A DNA stretch of 29,452 nucleotides from a virus (taxonomy: Duplodnaviria > Heunggongvirae > Uroviricota > Caudoviricetes), in IMG/VR virus record IMGVR_UViG_3300029517_000186; one strand, 5' to 3'. The number at the start of each line of letters is the position of its first letter. Position 1 is the first letter of the stretch. This document shows positions 17,483-25,003 of the stretch, in pieces. The translations under genes were made by a program, and so were the position numbers. The notes under the pieces were generated by a model. It searched no databases. It was not told the origin of the DNA and saw nothing but the letters and a program-made list of their open reading frames with translations.

Positions 17483-17925
17483 CCAGTTACATCTATTTTT
17501 CCAAACCAATTACTTTCTAATTTCTTTTGGTATCCATGCAACCGTAAGATGTCTTGCATTTCGAGCATTTACATCGTTTCATTATTTCGTTATTATATTC
17601 GTAATAGCTTTACTAAATTTCTGACATAACTCTTGTCGATGTTCCTCGGAAATAAGTCCCATTTGTCTAGCAAAATCTAATGAACCTAAATACGAATAAT
17701 ACCACGCATTTTTTACTGACAGCACATGTGCTGATTCTATCCTTCGTAAGTACTCAGTTTTCATGGCTTCTAATAGTTCTTCAGCAGTCTTTGAAAGTTT
17801 TATATTATCCGTTATCGTTTTATCGTTTCTATCCTTTTTTAATTTCATTTATTTTTCCTCCTATTGAAACTGCCAGTTACATCTGTTTTTCTAAACCAAT
17901 TACTTTCTAATTTCCTTTGATATCC
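17483..17925. repeat. 53-bp direct repeat (17483-17535 and 17873-17925)
   Basis: 49/53 identical; flanks gene 17582-17848. Confidence 0.85.
17582..17848 (-). CDS. Hypothetical protein
   Basis: 88 aa, AGGAGG SD. Confidence 0.8.
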   Translation of the reverse strand: MKLKKDRNDKTITDNIKLSKTAEELLEAMKTEYLRRIESAHVLSVKNAWYYSYLGSLDFARQMGLISEEHRQELCQKFSKAITNIITK

Positions 17926-17949
17926 TTCCTAATAGTAAATTTCTGATTC

Positions 17950-18246
17950 CTATGCTTTCTTTCCAAAATAATATTTAACAATTTTCTTGAAATCTTTATT
18001 ACTTGCATAAGCAACTCTAGGCTTACTTCCATCAATATTAAATTCTGTTACGCTTAAAATTGCATATCCTTGTACCGTTAATGTGGCAAGATATACAAGT
18101 AAGTTCAATTTGTATCCAATACTGTCAAACTGGATTTCTTTTCTTAGTTTCTGTACTTCTTCATCATAATTATCATCTACTTCAATAATGTGTGCAGAAA
18201 AATATGTATTAACTTTATACAATTTATTGTTAATTTTTCTTACCAT
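17950..18246 (-). CDS. Hypothetical protein
   Basis: 98 aa ORF flanked by junction palindromes. Confidence 0.75.
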   Translation of the reverse strand: MVRKINNKLYKVNTYFSAHIIEVDDNYDEEVQKLRKEIQFDSIGYKLNLLVYLATLTVQGYAILSVTEFNIDGSKPRVAYASNKDFKKIVKYYFGKKA

Positions 18247-18279
18247 ATTATTTTCTCACTTTCTTAGTCAATCATCGTT

Positions 18280-18477
18280 TCATTGCTTAATAACATATAG
18301 CCAATCTTCAAAATTCTCATAGTCAATAAGCCTTCCATCCACTTCGATATAGTTTTCCTGTTCTGATTCTCTTACTACAGAAAAACCATCAAAGTTTCCA
18401 TATACTCTTACGCATTTACTATCAACTTTTTCAAATTTTATATTCCATGAAATCAATCTTCCTAATATATATGCCAT
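18280..18477 (-). CDS. Hypothetical protein
   Basis: 65 aa, AAAGGAG SD. Confidence 0.75.
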   Translation of the reverse strand: MAYILGRLISWNIKFEKVDSKCVRVYGNFDGFSVVRESEQENYIEVDGRLIDYENFEDWLYVIKQ

Positions 18478-18497
18478 AGTTTACACTCTCCTTTTAA

Positions 18498-18981
18498 TCT
18501 AAAGAAACTCTTGTCTACTCATGCATACCAGTAAATCATCATTTTGTTGTATTTAAAATTATTTCTGAAAAATATTTTCTCTGTTCTTCTAAAGAACCAT
18601 ACTGTTCCCAATCAAAATAATTCACATTTTTATCTGTTAAAATTTCTTGATTTGCAACTACTCTTAATCTGTGTTCTATTTCTTTAATAGTCGGAAATGA
18701 TTCTGTGTCATTATTGGTATAAAACAAATACATGTAACCTCTTGATTTTTTTATACCGCTTGTATTACCAATAATAATTGCTCTAAATCCAGCATCATTT
18801 TCAACTGTAATTTCTGACTCTCCAAGGTCATTATTCCATATGACATTGAAAAGTTTATATACTTCATTTTGCTTTAATTCCTTATATGCATTCTTTATCT
18901 TTCTTGCTAATTCTAAATAGGTCATATCTTTCCTCCAATCTTCTAAAGAAACTCTTGTCTACTCATGCATACCAGTAAATC
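18498..18981. repeat. Identical 40-bp direct repeat (18498-18537 and 18942-18981) flanking gene 18539-18925
   Basis: TCTAAAGAAACTCTTGTCTACTCATGCATACCAGTAAATC twice. Confidence 0.9.
18539..18925 (-). CDS. Hypothetical protein
   Basis: 128 aa, GGAGG SD. Confidence 0.8.
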   Translation of the reverse strand: MTYLELARKIKNAYKELKQNEVYKLFNVIWNNDLGESEITVENDAGFRAIIIGNTSGIKKSRGYMYLFYTNNDTESFPTIKEIEHRLRVVANQEILTDKNVNYFDWEQYGSLEEQRKYFSEIILNTTK

Positions 18982-18991
18982 GCCAATTCAT

Positions 18992-19189
18992 TTACTTTAA
19001 TTCAATTAACTCTGCTTCTTCGACATATTTCTTTGCTGCATTATATCCATTTCTATTAAGTTCACCTTCAATGCTAAACCAAAGTGAATCTAAAAAATTG
19101 GGAATAGATGCAAAATCTTTATTTGGATATTTTTCTCTATATCGCTTATATGCAATTTTATACAATTCATCTACTAAATCACGCTTCAT
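18992..19189 (-). CDS. Hypothetical protein
   Basis: 65 aa, AAAGGAG SD. Confidence 0.75.
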   Translation of the reverse strand: MKRDLVDELYKIAYKRYREKYPNKDFASIPNFLDSLWFSIEGELNRNGYNAAKKYVEEAELIELK

Positions 19190-19222
19190 TATATTTTCTC
19201 CTTTTACATTAAGAAATTCGTT

Positions 19223-19546
19223 TCATTCGGTTTCCAAAATCTGTCCAATAAGTTCCTCTAAGTTTTCACTATTCAGATATGGACGCTGTGGATTTCCATT
19301 CTTATCATATAATGTCGCAGAATATCTATCATTTTCATATTCGTATATGACATCAAATGACACGTTATCTGTTTCAACGAATGCATGTGGTTCACCATAT
19401 GTATTTTCATTACCTTGTAAAAATTGCAACTCAATTTCTAAACAATGTTCTTCCACCTCGTTTTCATACAAGTCATTTTCAAGAATAGCTTCTATTTCTG
19501 TTATTCGCAGTTCTTTCTCCTGATTTTCATTATATTCTAGTCGCAT
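19223..19546 (-). CDS. Acidic hypothetical protein
   Basis: 107 aa, GGAG SD. Confidence 0.8.
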   Translation of the reverse strand: MRLEYNENQEKELRITEIEAILENDLYENEVEEHCLEIELQFLQGNENTYGEPHAFVETDNVSFDVIYEYENDRYSATLYDKNGNPQRPYLNSENLEELIGQILETE

Positions 19547-19596
19547 ATAATCATCTCCATTCTTCTATAAATCATTGTTTCGTGTTATTTTTTTCT

Positions 19597-19788
19597 TTAC
19601 TCAATTGTGATATATATTCCGTCTCTTTTATCCCATGCGAAAATTCGAATATTTAATAACTCTTCCGGTAATTCAGATATATTACCTTTAAATAAGTCTT
19701 TATTTTTATTGGTAGAAACAATAATTAAATTTGCATGATTTTCTTTTCGATTATTTAATAATTCTTTTAGTGTTGGAGCTTTTTCCAT
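19597..19788 (-). CDS. Hypothetical protein
   Basis: GGAGG SD; start at ATG 19788 or TTG 19797. Confidence 0.7.
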   Translation of the reverse strand: MEKAPTLKELLNNRKENHANLIIVSTNKNKDLFKGNISELPEELLNIRIFAWDKRDGIYITIE

Positions 19789-19840
19789 AAATATCAATCC
19801 TCCATATTTTTATTATTATCCCGTTAAAATTCTTGATTAC

Positions 19841-19951
19841 TTACCGTAATTTTCCATTCCTTGCATATTCTAAAGCTGCCTCTTTTCCATTATGTTTGAT
19901 TACTTCCTTATCTCCATCTGTGTTCCATTTAATATTTATTGCTTTTAACAT
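19841..19951 (-). CDS. 36-aa mini-ORF, probably chimeric or truncated
   Basis: AAGGAG SD; MLKAINIKWNTDGDKEV resembles the N-terminus of 1082-1318. Confidence 0.55.
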   Translation of the reverse strand: MLKAINIKWNTDGDKEVIKHNGKEAALEYARNGKLR

Positions 19952-19963
19952 ATAAATCACTCC

Positions 19964-20437
19964 TTACGCAATTTTCGTTATTTCCATATAACAGCCATCC
20001 ATACACTTATCATACTGTCTGATATCATATAGCCATTTGAAAGGTACTTTTACAGTTCTTTCATCCTTTAATTTTCCCATTATTTCGTCAATATCGAAAT
20101 AACCTTGCATAAATCCATAACCTGATAAATAATGTTGTCTGTCCAAATTACATAATCTGTCATGATATTTTATGGTATTTTTCTTTAGAAACTTAATATA
20201 TCTGTCAGATAAGCCAAAATTTTCTTTTGGGTTGTCTTCACTCCATTCTGATGATAAAAATGAACAACCTTGGAACAATTTAAGTTGCCACATAACTTCA
20301 CGCATATTATAAAGAGTCCTTGTGATTCCATTTATTGTGATCATATAATCATTCAATGTTCCTGGCTCCCAACTCTTTTTGCTGCATCTTTTACATTTAT
20401 ATGTATCTGTATTAATTATCATTTTATATCGTGCCAT
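19964..20437 (-). CDS. Hypothetical protein
   Basis: 157 aa, AGGAG SD. Confidence 0.8.
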   Translation of the reverse strand: MARYKMIINTDTYKCKRCSKKSWEPGTLNDYMITINGITRTLYNMREVMWQLKLFQGCSFLSSEWSEDNPKENFGLSDRYIKFLKKNTIKYHDRLCNLDRQHYLSGYGFMQGYFDIDEIMGKLKDERTVKVPFKWLYDIRQYDKCMDGCYMEITKIA

Positions 20438-20462
20438 ATATCATTTCTCCTATACTTATTAG

Positions 20463-20792
20463 TTAATTTTCTTCCCATAAAGCTTTGTATGCCTTTACAG
20501 CAGCTTCTTTTAATTTTTCCTTCCATCTGTTATCGGTAAAATTAATTTCGTATGCATACCATTCCTGACAATTGTCATGCTGCCACACGCCATCCTTGTC
20601 CTTTGAAAGTCTATAGAAAGCACTTAAATATTCTGTCTTGTCTGTAGAATTATCTACGCAGATGTTATACTCTACTGCCTGTCTGCTATTTCCGTACATT
20701 ACATCTCCCCAGGAGTCATAACAGTCGTGATTTTTAATTGTTTCCAGAATTTCATGTTTATTTACATTACATTTAAAATTAAATTTTCTCAT
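20463..20792 (-). CDS. Hypothetical protein
   Basis: 109 aa, first gene after the promoter motif. Confidence 0.8.
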   Translation of the reverse strand: MRKFNFKCNVNKHEILETIKNHDCYDSWGDVMYGNSRQAVEYNICVDNSTDKTEYLSAFYRLSKDKDGVWQHDNCQEWYAYEINFTDNRWKEKLKEAAVKAYKALWEEN

Positions 20793-20832
20793 ACATTATT
20801 TTATTTCTCCTTTATATTATTTACTATGAAAA

Positions 20833-20845
20833 ATATGACAGAAAA
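20833..20845 (-). promoter_or_regulatory. TTTTCTGTCATAT motif
   Basis: 20 nt upstream of AAGGAG. Confidence 0.7.
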
Positions 20846-20846
20846 T

Positions 20847-20883
20847 AAAAATATCTCACCCAATTAATTTTGGATGAGATATT
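20847..20883 (-). terminator. Intrinsic terminator adjacent to the motif
   Basis: AATATCTCA..CCAA/TTGG..TGAGATATT stem followed by a T-tract. Confidence 0.7.
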
Positions 20884-20897
20884 GTCGCTGCAATCTT

Positions 20898-21460
20898 TTA
20901 CAAATATTTTTCTACAGATACAATCTGACTACAGTTAATTAAAATTTCTTTATCCTGGTATCCTCCTTCTCCATATATCTTTGCTGCGGTTATGAACTAC
21001 TCACAACCGACATTAGTCAGATGAAGTTTCTATGTTACATATTTTTTCAACATGTAAGTAACCCTGTAATAATTACATTACGCAATCGTTACAGCATATT
21101 GGATACTACTATCCCTTGATCCTATTCTTTTATATTTGGAAATACTTTAAAATTAGATTATTGTGCAATTCATCTCACAATCAACTAATGTTGAATGGAG
21201 TTTTTTTACTTGATTGCGATAATACTCTCAACGATATCAACAGCCTTGTCTACAGATATAACTACTTCTTTATTATTATTATTATTCAAACATTCGTCAT
21301 CATCATATGTAGCCCCAGTCCACCAACTGCAAGCAGACATCTCATTAGAGGCTTCTTTAACTTCTCCTATTAAGGTATTTTTTACTGTATCTAATATACG
21401 TCTTTCATTTTCTGATTCTGCTTTTTCTATTAGTTCATTTATTGTATTAAGTGTCTTCAT
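20898..21460 (-). pseudogene. 113-aa hypothetical gene split by the 221-bp insertion
   Basis: Joining 21460-21213 to 20991-20898 gives an intact frame ...VESIIAI-TAAKIYGEGGYQDKEILINCSQIVSVEKYL*. Confidence 0.75.
20992..21212 (-). mobile_element. Non-autonomous IS200/IS605-like miniature element (LE + omegaRNA-like interior + RE)
   Basis: Minus strand starts CAAGTAAAAAAACTCCATTCAAC...GTTGATTGTGAGATGAATTGC and ends AGAAACTTCATCTGAC...GTCGGTTGTGAGTAGTTCAT, resembling Firmicute IS605-group ends; no target duplication; precise removal restores a gene. Confidence 0.7.
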
Positions 21461-21620
21461 AATTATTATTTCTCCTTATATTAACAGCTATTGCAGCCTG
21501 TTTTTTTAATAATTTACAGCTTCCACAATTATTCCTATTTTTACAGAACCAACAATTGTCATTATCCACCATCCACCATTTAGGGGGCTGTGGCCGCATT
21601 TTTCTTTTAACTTTTCCCAT
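21447..21620 (-). CDS. Small basic Cys-rich protein (57 aa, not in ORF track)
   Basis: MGKVKRKMRPQPPKWWMVDNDNCWFCKNRNNCGSCKLLKK...; AAAGGA SD. Confidence 0.65.
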   Translation of the reverse strand: MGKVKRKMRPQPPKWWMVDNDNCWFCKNRNNCGSCKLLKKQAAIAVNIRRNNNYEDT

Positions 21621-21627
21621 ATATTAT

Positions 21628-22365
21628 TTAATTATCCTTTATTATTTCTTTAAATCCGTATTTAGACAGGTATTTAGCAATCTCTTTCTGCTTCTGTTTT
21701 ATTTTAAGTATCTGCTCAGGAGCTTTCTGGATATATAGTTTCTGCCGTTCTATATCTTTATCATAACTCTTTTTTAAACATTTATTTGCTTCTTCAGCTC
21801 TTTTATATTCCTTATCAAATATCTTTTTTAAATACTGCTTAGACACAAATAAGCTGAAAAAGAAATCAGATATCCTGACACTGCATGTCTTATCTTTGTT
21901 AAATAAACAATGTCGTGCATTAGCCAGTCTCTTTTTAAATGTATAATTTTCGTATCTTTTAAAAATATCCTGTATCTCATAAGGCTCATACTCAGGTTCA
22001 TCATTCATTATTTTATTATAATATTTGATGCAATCGTCAATAATCTTGTAAGTATGATTTATGAAATCTATGCACATAATATTTTGACTGCGAAATTCGT
22101 CAAATGAAGAAATCTTAACCGTTACATTATCAACATCTGAATAAGGCGTTAAAAATATATCATCATTATTAAATACTTCAGCCTGCTTCAGATATTCTAT
22201 TAATGAAGCATAAAATGTTTTACCATTAACAGTTATGTTCTTAAATAAAAAATTATAATCGCTTATTCCGTATACGGATAAATCAGACATAATTAATTCA
22301 GGGTTATTAATAAAATTTTCTAAAATATCCAGTTCATGTCTGGCATCCTTTAACTCAATACTCAT
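21628..22365 (-). CDS. Hypothetical protein
   Basis: 245 aa, GAGGAG SD. Confidence 0.85.
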   Translation of the reverse strand: MSIELKDARHELDILENFINNPELIMSDLSVYGISDYNFLFKNITVNGKTFYASLIEYLKQAEVFNNDDIFLTPYSDVDNVTVKISSFDEFRSQNIMCIDFINHTYKIIDDCIKYYNKIMNDEPEYEPYEIQDIFKRYENYTFKKRLANARHCLFNKDKTCSVRISDFFFSLFVSKQYLKKIFDKEYKRAEEANKCLKKSYDKDIERQKLYIQKAPEQILKIKQKQKEIAKYLSKYGFKEIIKDN

Positions 22366-22403
22366 AAATTTTTCTCCTCATAAAAAATCGAAATTTCTTG
22401 GTA

Positions 22404-22787
22404 CTATTTTTGATTAATATTTAAGTAATAAGTTTTTCCTTTAATCTTGATATATCTTCCTTTTTTATTAAAATAACAAATCTTATTACAAGTCAGGTCA
22501 TGATAATAATTGTCCTTATATTTAATTTCAATGGTTAAACCATTATCAAAAACTATCTCTTTATCGTCTGCCAAATTATATGGTACTTGTCGTATATACG
22601 GTTTAACACAAGCATTGCAGTATATAAGTGTTCGCAAATCGGTGCATATAATATCTTGTACACCCATACTCTTACCGCATTTTTCACAAAATAGTTCAGC
22701 ACATCTATATGGCATGTATTCACTTTCTTTCCATTTTCGACCACTTTTATTTAACTTATTTTCTACTTTTTCCCATAATCGTCCCAA
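22404..22787 (-). CDS. Zinc-finger-containing hypothetical protein
   Basis: TTG start behind AGGAGGT; CEKCG...YCNAC. Confidence 0.75.
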   Translation of the reverse strand: MGRLWEKVENKLNKSGRKWKESEYMPYRCAELFCEKCGKSMGVQDIICTDLRTLIYCNACVKPYIRQVPYNLADDKEIVFDNGLTIEIKYKDNYYHDLTCNKICYFNKKGRYIKIKGKTYYLNINQK

Positions 22788-22874
22788 TACTTTACCTCCT
22801 AATGAAACCAATAATTCTTACTTGTTTATTCTATTCTTACATCTATTTCGTAGCTGCTCATCTTGCATGACTAA

Positions 22875-23348
22875 TTACTCAGAACAGTTTTTCTGAAGCT
22901 TTTGCTTATATAAGACTTCATCAACTATATCTGTAAAATTATAACCGAAATAATTATCATTCAGATAAGAATATATATTACTGTAATTACATTTTATCTC
23001 TGTCTCAAATTCTAAGTTATACAAAAAAGTATTAACAAATGGATAATCATCCTGAAGCCAGATATCAAGATAAAGATCCTTTATTATATAAATCCTAATA
23101 TCTTTATCTTTATATTCATATGTCCAACACATAAATGTATATTTATCTTCAATATATTTTTTTAGTTCTAACAGATAAAAATATCTGTATACCCAAAAAG
23201 AATAATCTTCATCTGAAGTAGTATCTGAATGTAACTCCCGTTTACATACATCTATCTTTTTATTTATATCAGTCAGTATCTTACTCTTTAATCTATTGAC
23301 TTTTTCCTGTCTTTTTGATTCATCTGAAATCTTTTCATAACCATTCAT
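22875..23348 (-). CDS. Hypothetical protein
   Basis: 157 aa, AAGGAG SD. Confidence 0.8.
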   Translation of the reverse strand: MNGYEKISDESKRQEKVNRLKSKILTDINKKIDVCKRELHSDTTSDEDYSFWVYRYFYLLELKKYIEDKYTFMCWTYEYKDKDIRIYIIKDLYLDIWLQDDYPFVNTFLYNLEFETEIKCNYSNIYSYLNDNYFGYNFTDIVDEVLYKQKLQKNCSE

Positions 23349-23573
23349 AAAAAATTCTCCTTCATATGTTTTTTAAGCTTTGCTGTTTTTTTATCCTGTT
23401 CAGAAAAAGCTTTATATCTTTATTTATCAGGTCTATTGTCTTTTTAATCATAATTTAGTTCTTCAATTTTATTTCTTGACTTAATTATAATTATTTTATG
23501 GTAAAACATTGTAAAAAACTAATTAAAAGAGCTGGTACAAAAATATATCACATTTAAGTACCAGTCTTAAAAT

Positions 23574-24113
23574 TTAAAGTTCTCTGTCAGAAATCTTTGA
23601 TTTAATATTATTTGTTTTTACAGGTGGTTCATTCATAAACTCTTTATACTTTTTAGCATAATCAATCAGTGCATTATTATCATAATTGCTCTCGACTAAT
23701 GCTCTGATAAAATTACTATATTTTCCATTGCCCGGCATTAATGCTTTACATTCTTTATTCCATTCAGATAATGTATCATAATCATAATTACATGCATCAC
23801 AAAGAGCTGCAAGCTCTTCATCAGTTGTAGCATCCGAAAGGTCAATAAGCTCTGAATGAACCTTTATTAATATTTCTTTCTTCTTATCAATAACAGGTTT
23901 AATTACCGGTTCGATTGTATCTTTATCTATTTCTGTAAAATCACTATCAAAAGATAACCCTGTAAGTCCACAATCAGTTATTATTTCAGGATTAACAATA
24001 AAATATCTGTCGTTTGCAGTAACAATATTACCTGTTACATACTGTTTTTCTTCATCTTTAACACTGGTTCTCCAATTTATTTTCTTTGCCTTGTATGTGT
24101 ATGCATTATTCAT
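23574..24113 (-). CDS. Protein with YopX-like N-terminal segment
   Basis: YKAK....W...YVTG.....YFI...EIDKDTI pattern; start at ATG 24113 behind AAAGGAG; ends ISDREL. Confidence 0.75.
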   Translation of the reverse strand: MNNAYTYKAKKINWRTSVKDEEKQYVTGNIVTANDRYFIVNPEIITDCGLTGLSFDSDFTEIDKDTIEPVIKPVIDKKKEILIKVHSELIDLSDATTDEELAALCDACNYDYDTLSEWNKECKALMPGNGKYSNFIRALVESNYDNNALIDYAKKYKEFMNEPPVKTNNIKSKISDREL

Positions 24114-24147
24114 AAATTTGTTTCTCCTTTTCATTTTGATAATTTAT

Positions 24148-24160
24148 ATATGACAGAAAA
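24148..24160 (-). promoter_or_regulatory. TTTTCTGTCATAT motif
   Basis: 18 nt upstream of AAGGAG; preceded by the hairpin at 24163-24203 and a T-tract. Confidence 0.7.
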
Positions 24161-24241
24161 AAAAGGATCTTACACTAAGAAATTTTTTAGTGTGACAATT
24201 CTTAAATTATTGTTAAGTATATATTTTACATTTCAGTTTCT

Positions 24242-24288
24242 ATGAACTATTCGCAACCGATTTTTGTTGAATGGAGTTTTCTTGCTAT
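24242..24288 (-). mobile_element. Collapsed LE/RE hybrid scar of the IS200/IS605-like element
   Basis: Minus strand TAGCAAGAAAACTCCATTCAACA (LE 5' half) joined to TCGGTTGCGAATAGTTCAT (RE 3' half). Confidence 0.65.
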
Positions 24289-24301
24289 TCTTCGATAATT
24301 A

Positions 24302-24312
24302 ATATGACAGAG
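24302..24312 (-). promoter_or_regulatory. Variant motif CTCTGTCATAT
   Basis: Core TCTGTCATAT retained; followed by the IS scar rather than a gene. Confidence 0.5.
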
Positions 24313-24338
24313 CTAAAATCTAATTTTGTCTAAAGCAT

Positions 24339-24408
24339 AAAAAAATCGGCTTATCCCACGAAGCTTTAAGCTTCGGGGTTTTGCCGATATTATTTGATAT
24401 TATAAAAT
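24339..24408 (-). terminator. Long terminator hairpin containing 58-bp repeat copy 2 (24351-24408)
   Basis: ATCGGC...CCC.CGAAGCT-TTA-AGCTTCG-GGG...GCCGAT stem followed by a T-tract on the minus strand. Confidence 0.7.
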
Positions 24409-24410
24409 CT

Positions 24411-24689
24411 TCAATATCCAAATCTTTGCATTTTTTCTATGTTAAATTTCCAATAAGTTACATTTAGCACACTATATCTTTTAATAGCATCTTGTTTTAA
24501 TCCTTCATTTGTAAAAATCAGATCGTACTTTTTTTAATCATTAAATAGTTTCTTACTCATTCTAACTGGGTAAGATTTAAAACCTTCGTTCTTTTCTTTC
24601 GTAATAATTTGATAACAAGCTCCATTATCCAAAATTAAATCATTATTATCAATATTAAGTATATCTCTGCCTACTTTTAATTTTACCAT
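24411..24689 (-). pseudogene. 92-codon hypothetical gene with an in-frame TAA at codon 52
   Basis: MVKLKVGRDILNIDNNDLILDNGACYQ...KKLFND*KKYDLIFTNEGLKQ...QRFGY; GGAG SD; stop at 24534-24536. Confidence 0.75.
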
Positions 24690-24717
24690 TTTATTATTAT
24701 CTCCAATCTATTTACCC

Positions 24718-24733
24718 AGAAATCATCATTTAA
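24718..24733. repeat. 16-bp junction palindrome
   Basis: AGAAATCATCATTTAA containing the TAA stop of 24730-24993. Confidence 0.55.
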
Positions 24734-24993
24734 TCAGCTAACGATAAAATATCATTTCTATCAAAGCCAATTAATTCATCAGATTCTATAATATCAGCCA
24801 ATATATTAACAATTTCTTTTTGTGCTTCAGAATCCCATTCCACAAGCTCCTCTTTTATAATCTTTGCACCATTTGATTTTGCAATATAATAATTTTCCAG
24901 TGTAGCAAAGAAAAATTCATATTGACTATCAAATGGTGGCATTTTACTATTCTTCATATCATTTAAATATTTTAATGTTTTTTTATTTTCCAT
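24730..24993 (-). CDS. Hypothetical protein
   Basis: 87 aa, GAGGT SD. Confidence 0.75.
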   Translation of the reverse strand: MENKKTLKYLNDMKNSKMPPFDSQYEFFFATLENYYIAKSNGAKIIKEELVEWDSEAQKEIVNILADIIESDELIGFDRNDILSLAD

Positions 24994-25003
24994 CTACATT
25001 ACC

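Larger units (their letters stand above)
17865..19840. repeat. Cluster 2 of 16-bp junction palindromes (17865, 17935, 18267, 18503, 18531, 18947, 18975, 19210, 19567, 19825)
   Basis: At least one site at each of 7 consecutive gene junctions, e.g. TGAAACTGCCAGTTAC, GTAAATTTCTGATTCC, GTCAATCATCGTTTCA, ATAAATCATTGTTTCG, TAAAATTCTTGATTAC. Confidence 0.75.

Noticed and set aside
14598..19840. CRISPR array or classical integron attC array
   Set aside because: The repeats are degenerate 16-mers separated by whole genes rather than fixed-length spacers. There are no long attC hairpins with RYYYAAC/GTTRRRY ends and no cas or intI gene.
23476..23515. SigA promoters around 23476-23515
   Set aside because: The -35/-10 spacings are about 20 nt on both strands in very AT-rich DNA, so they are not supportable.
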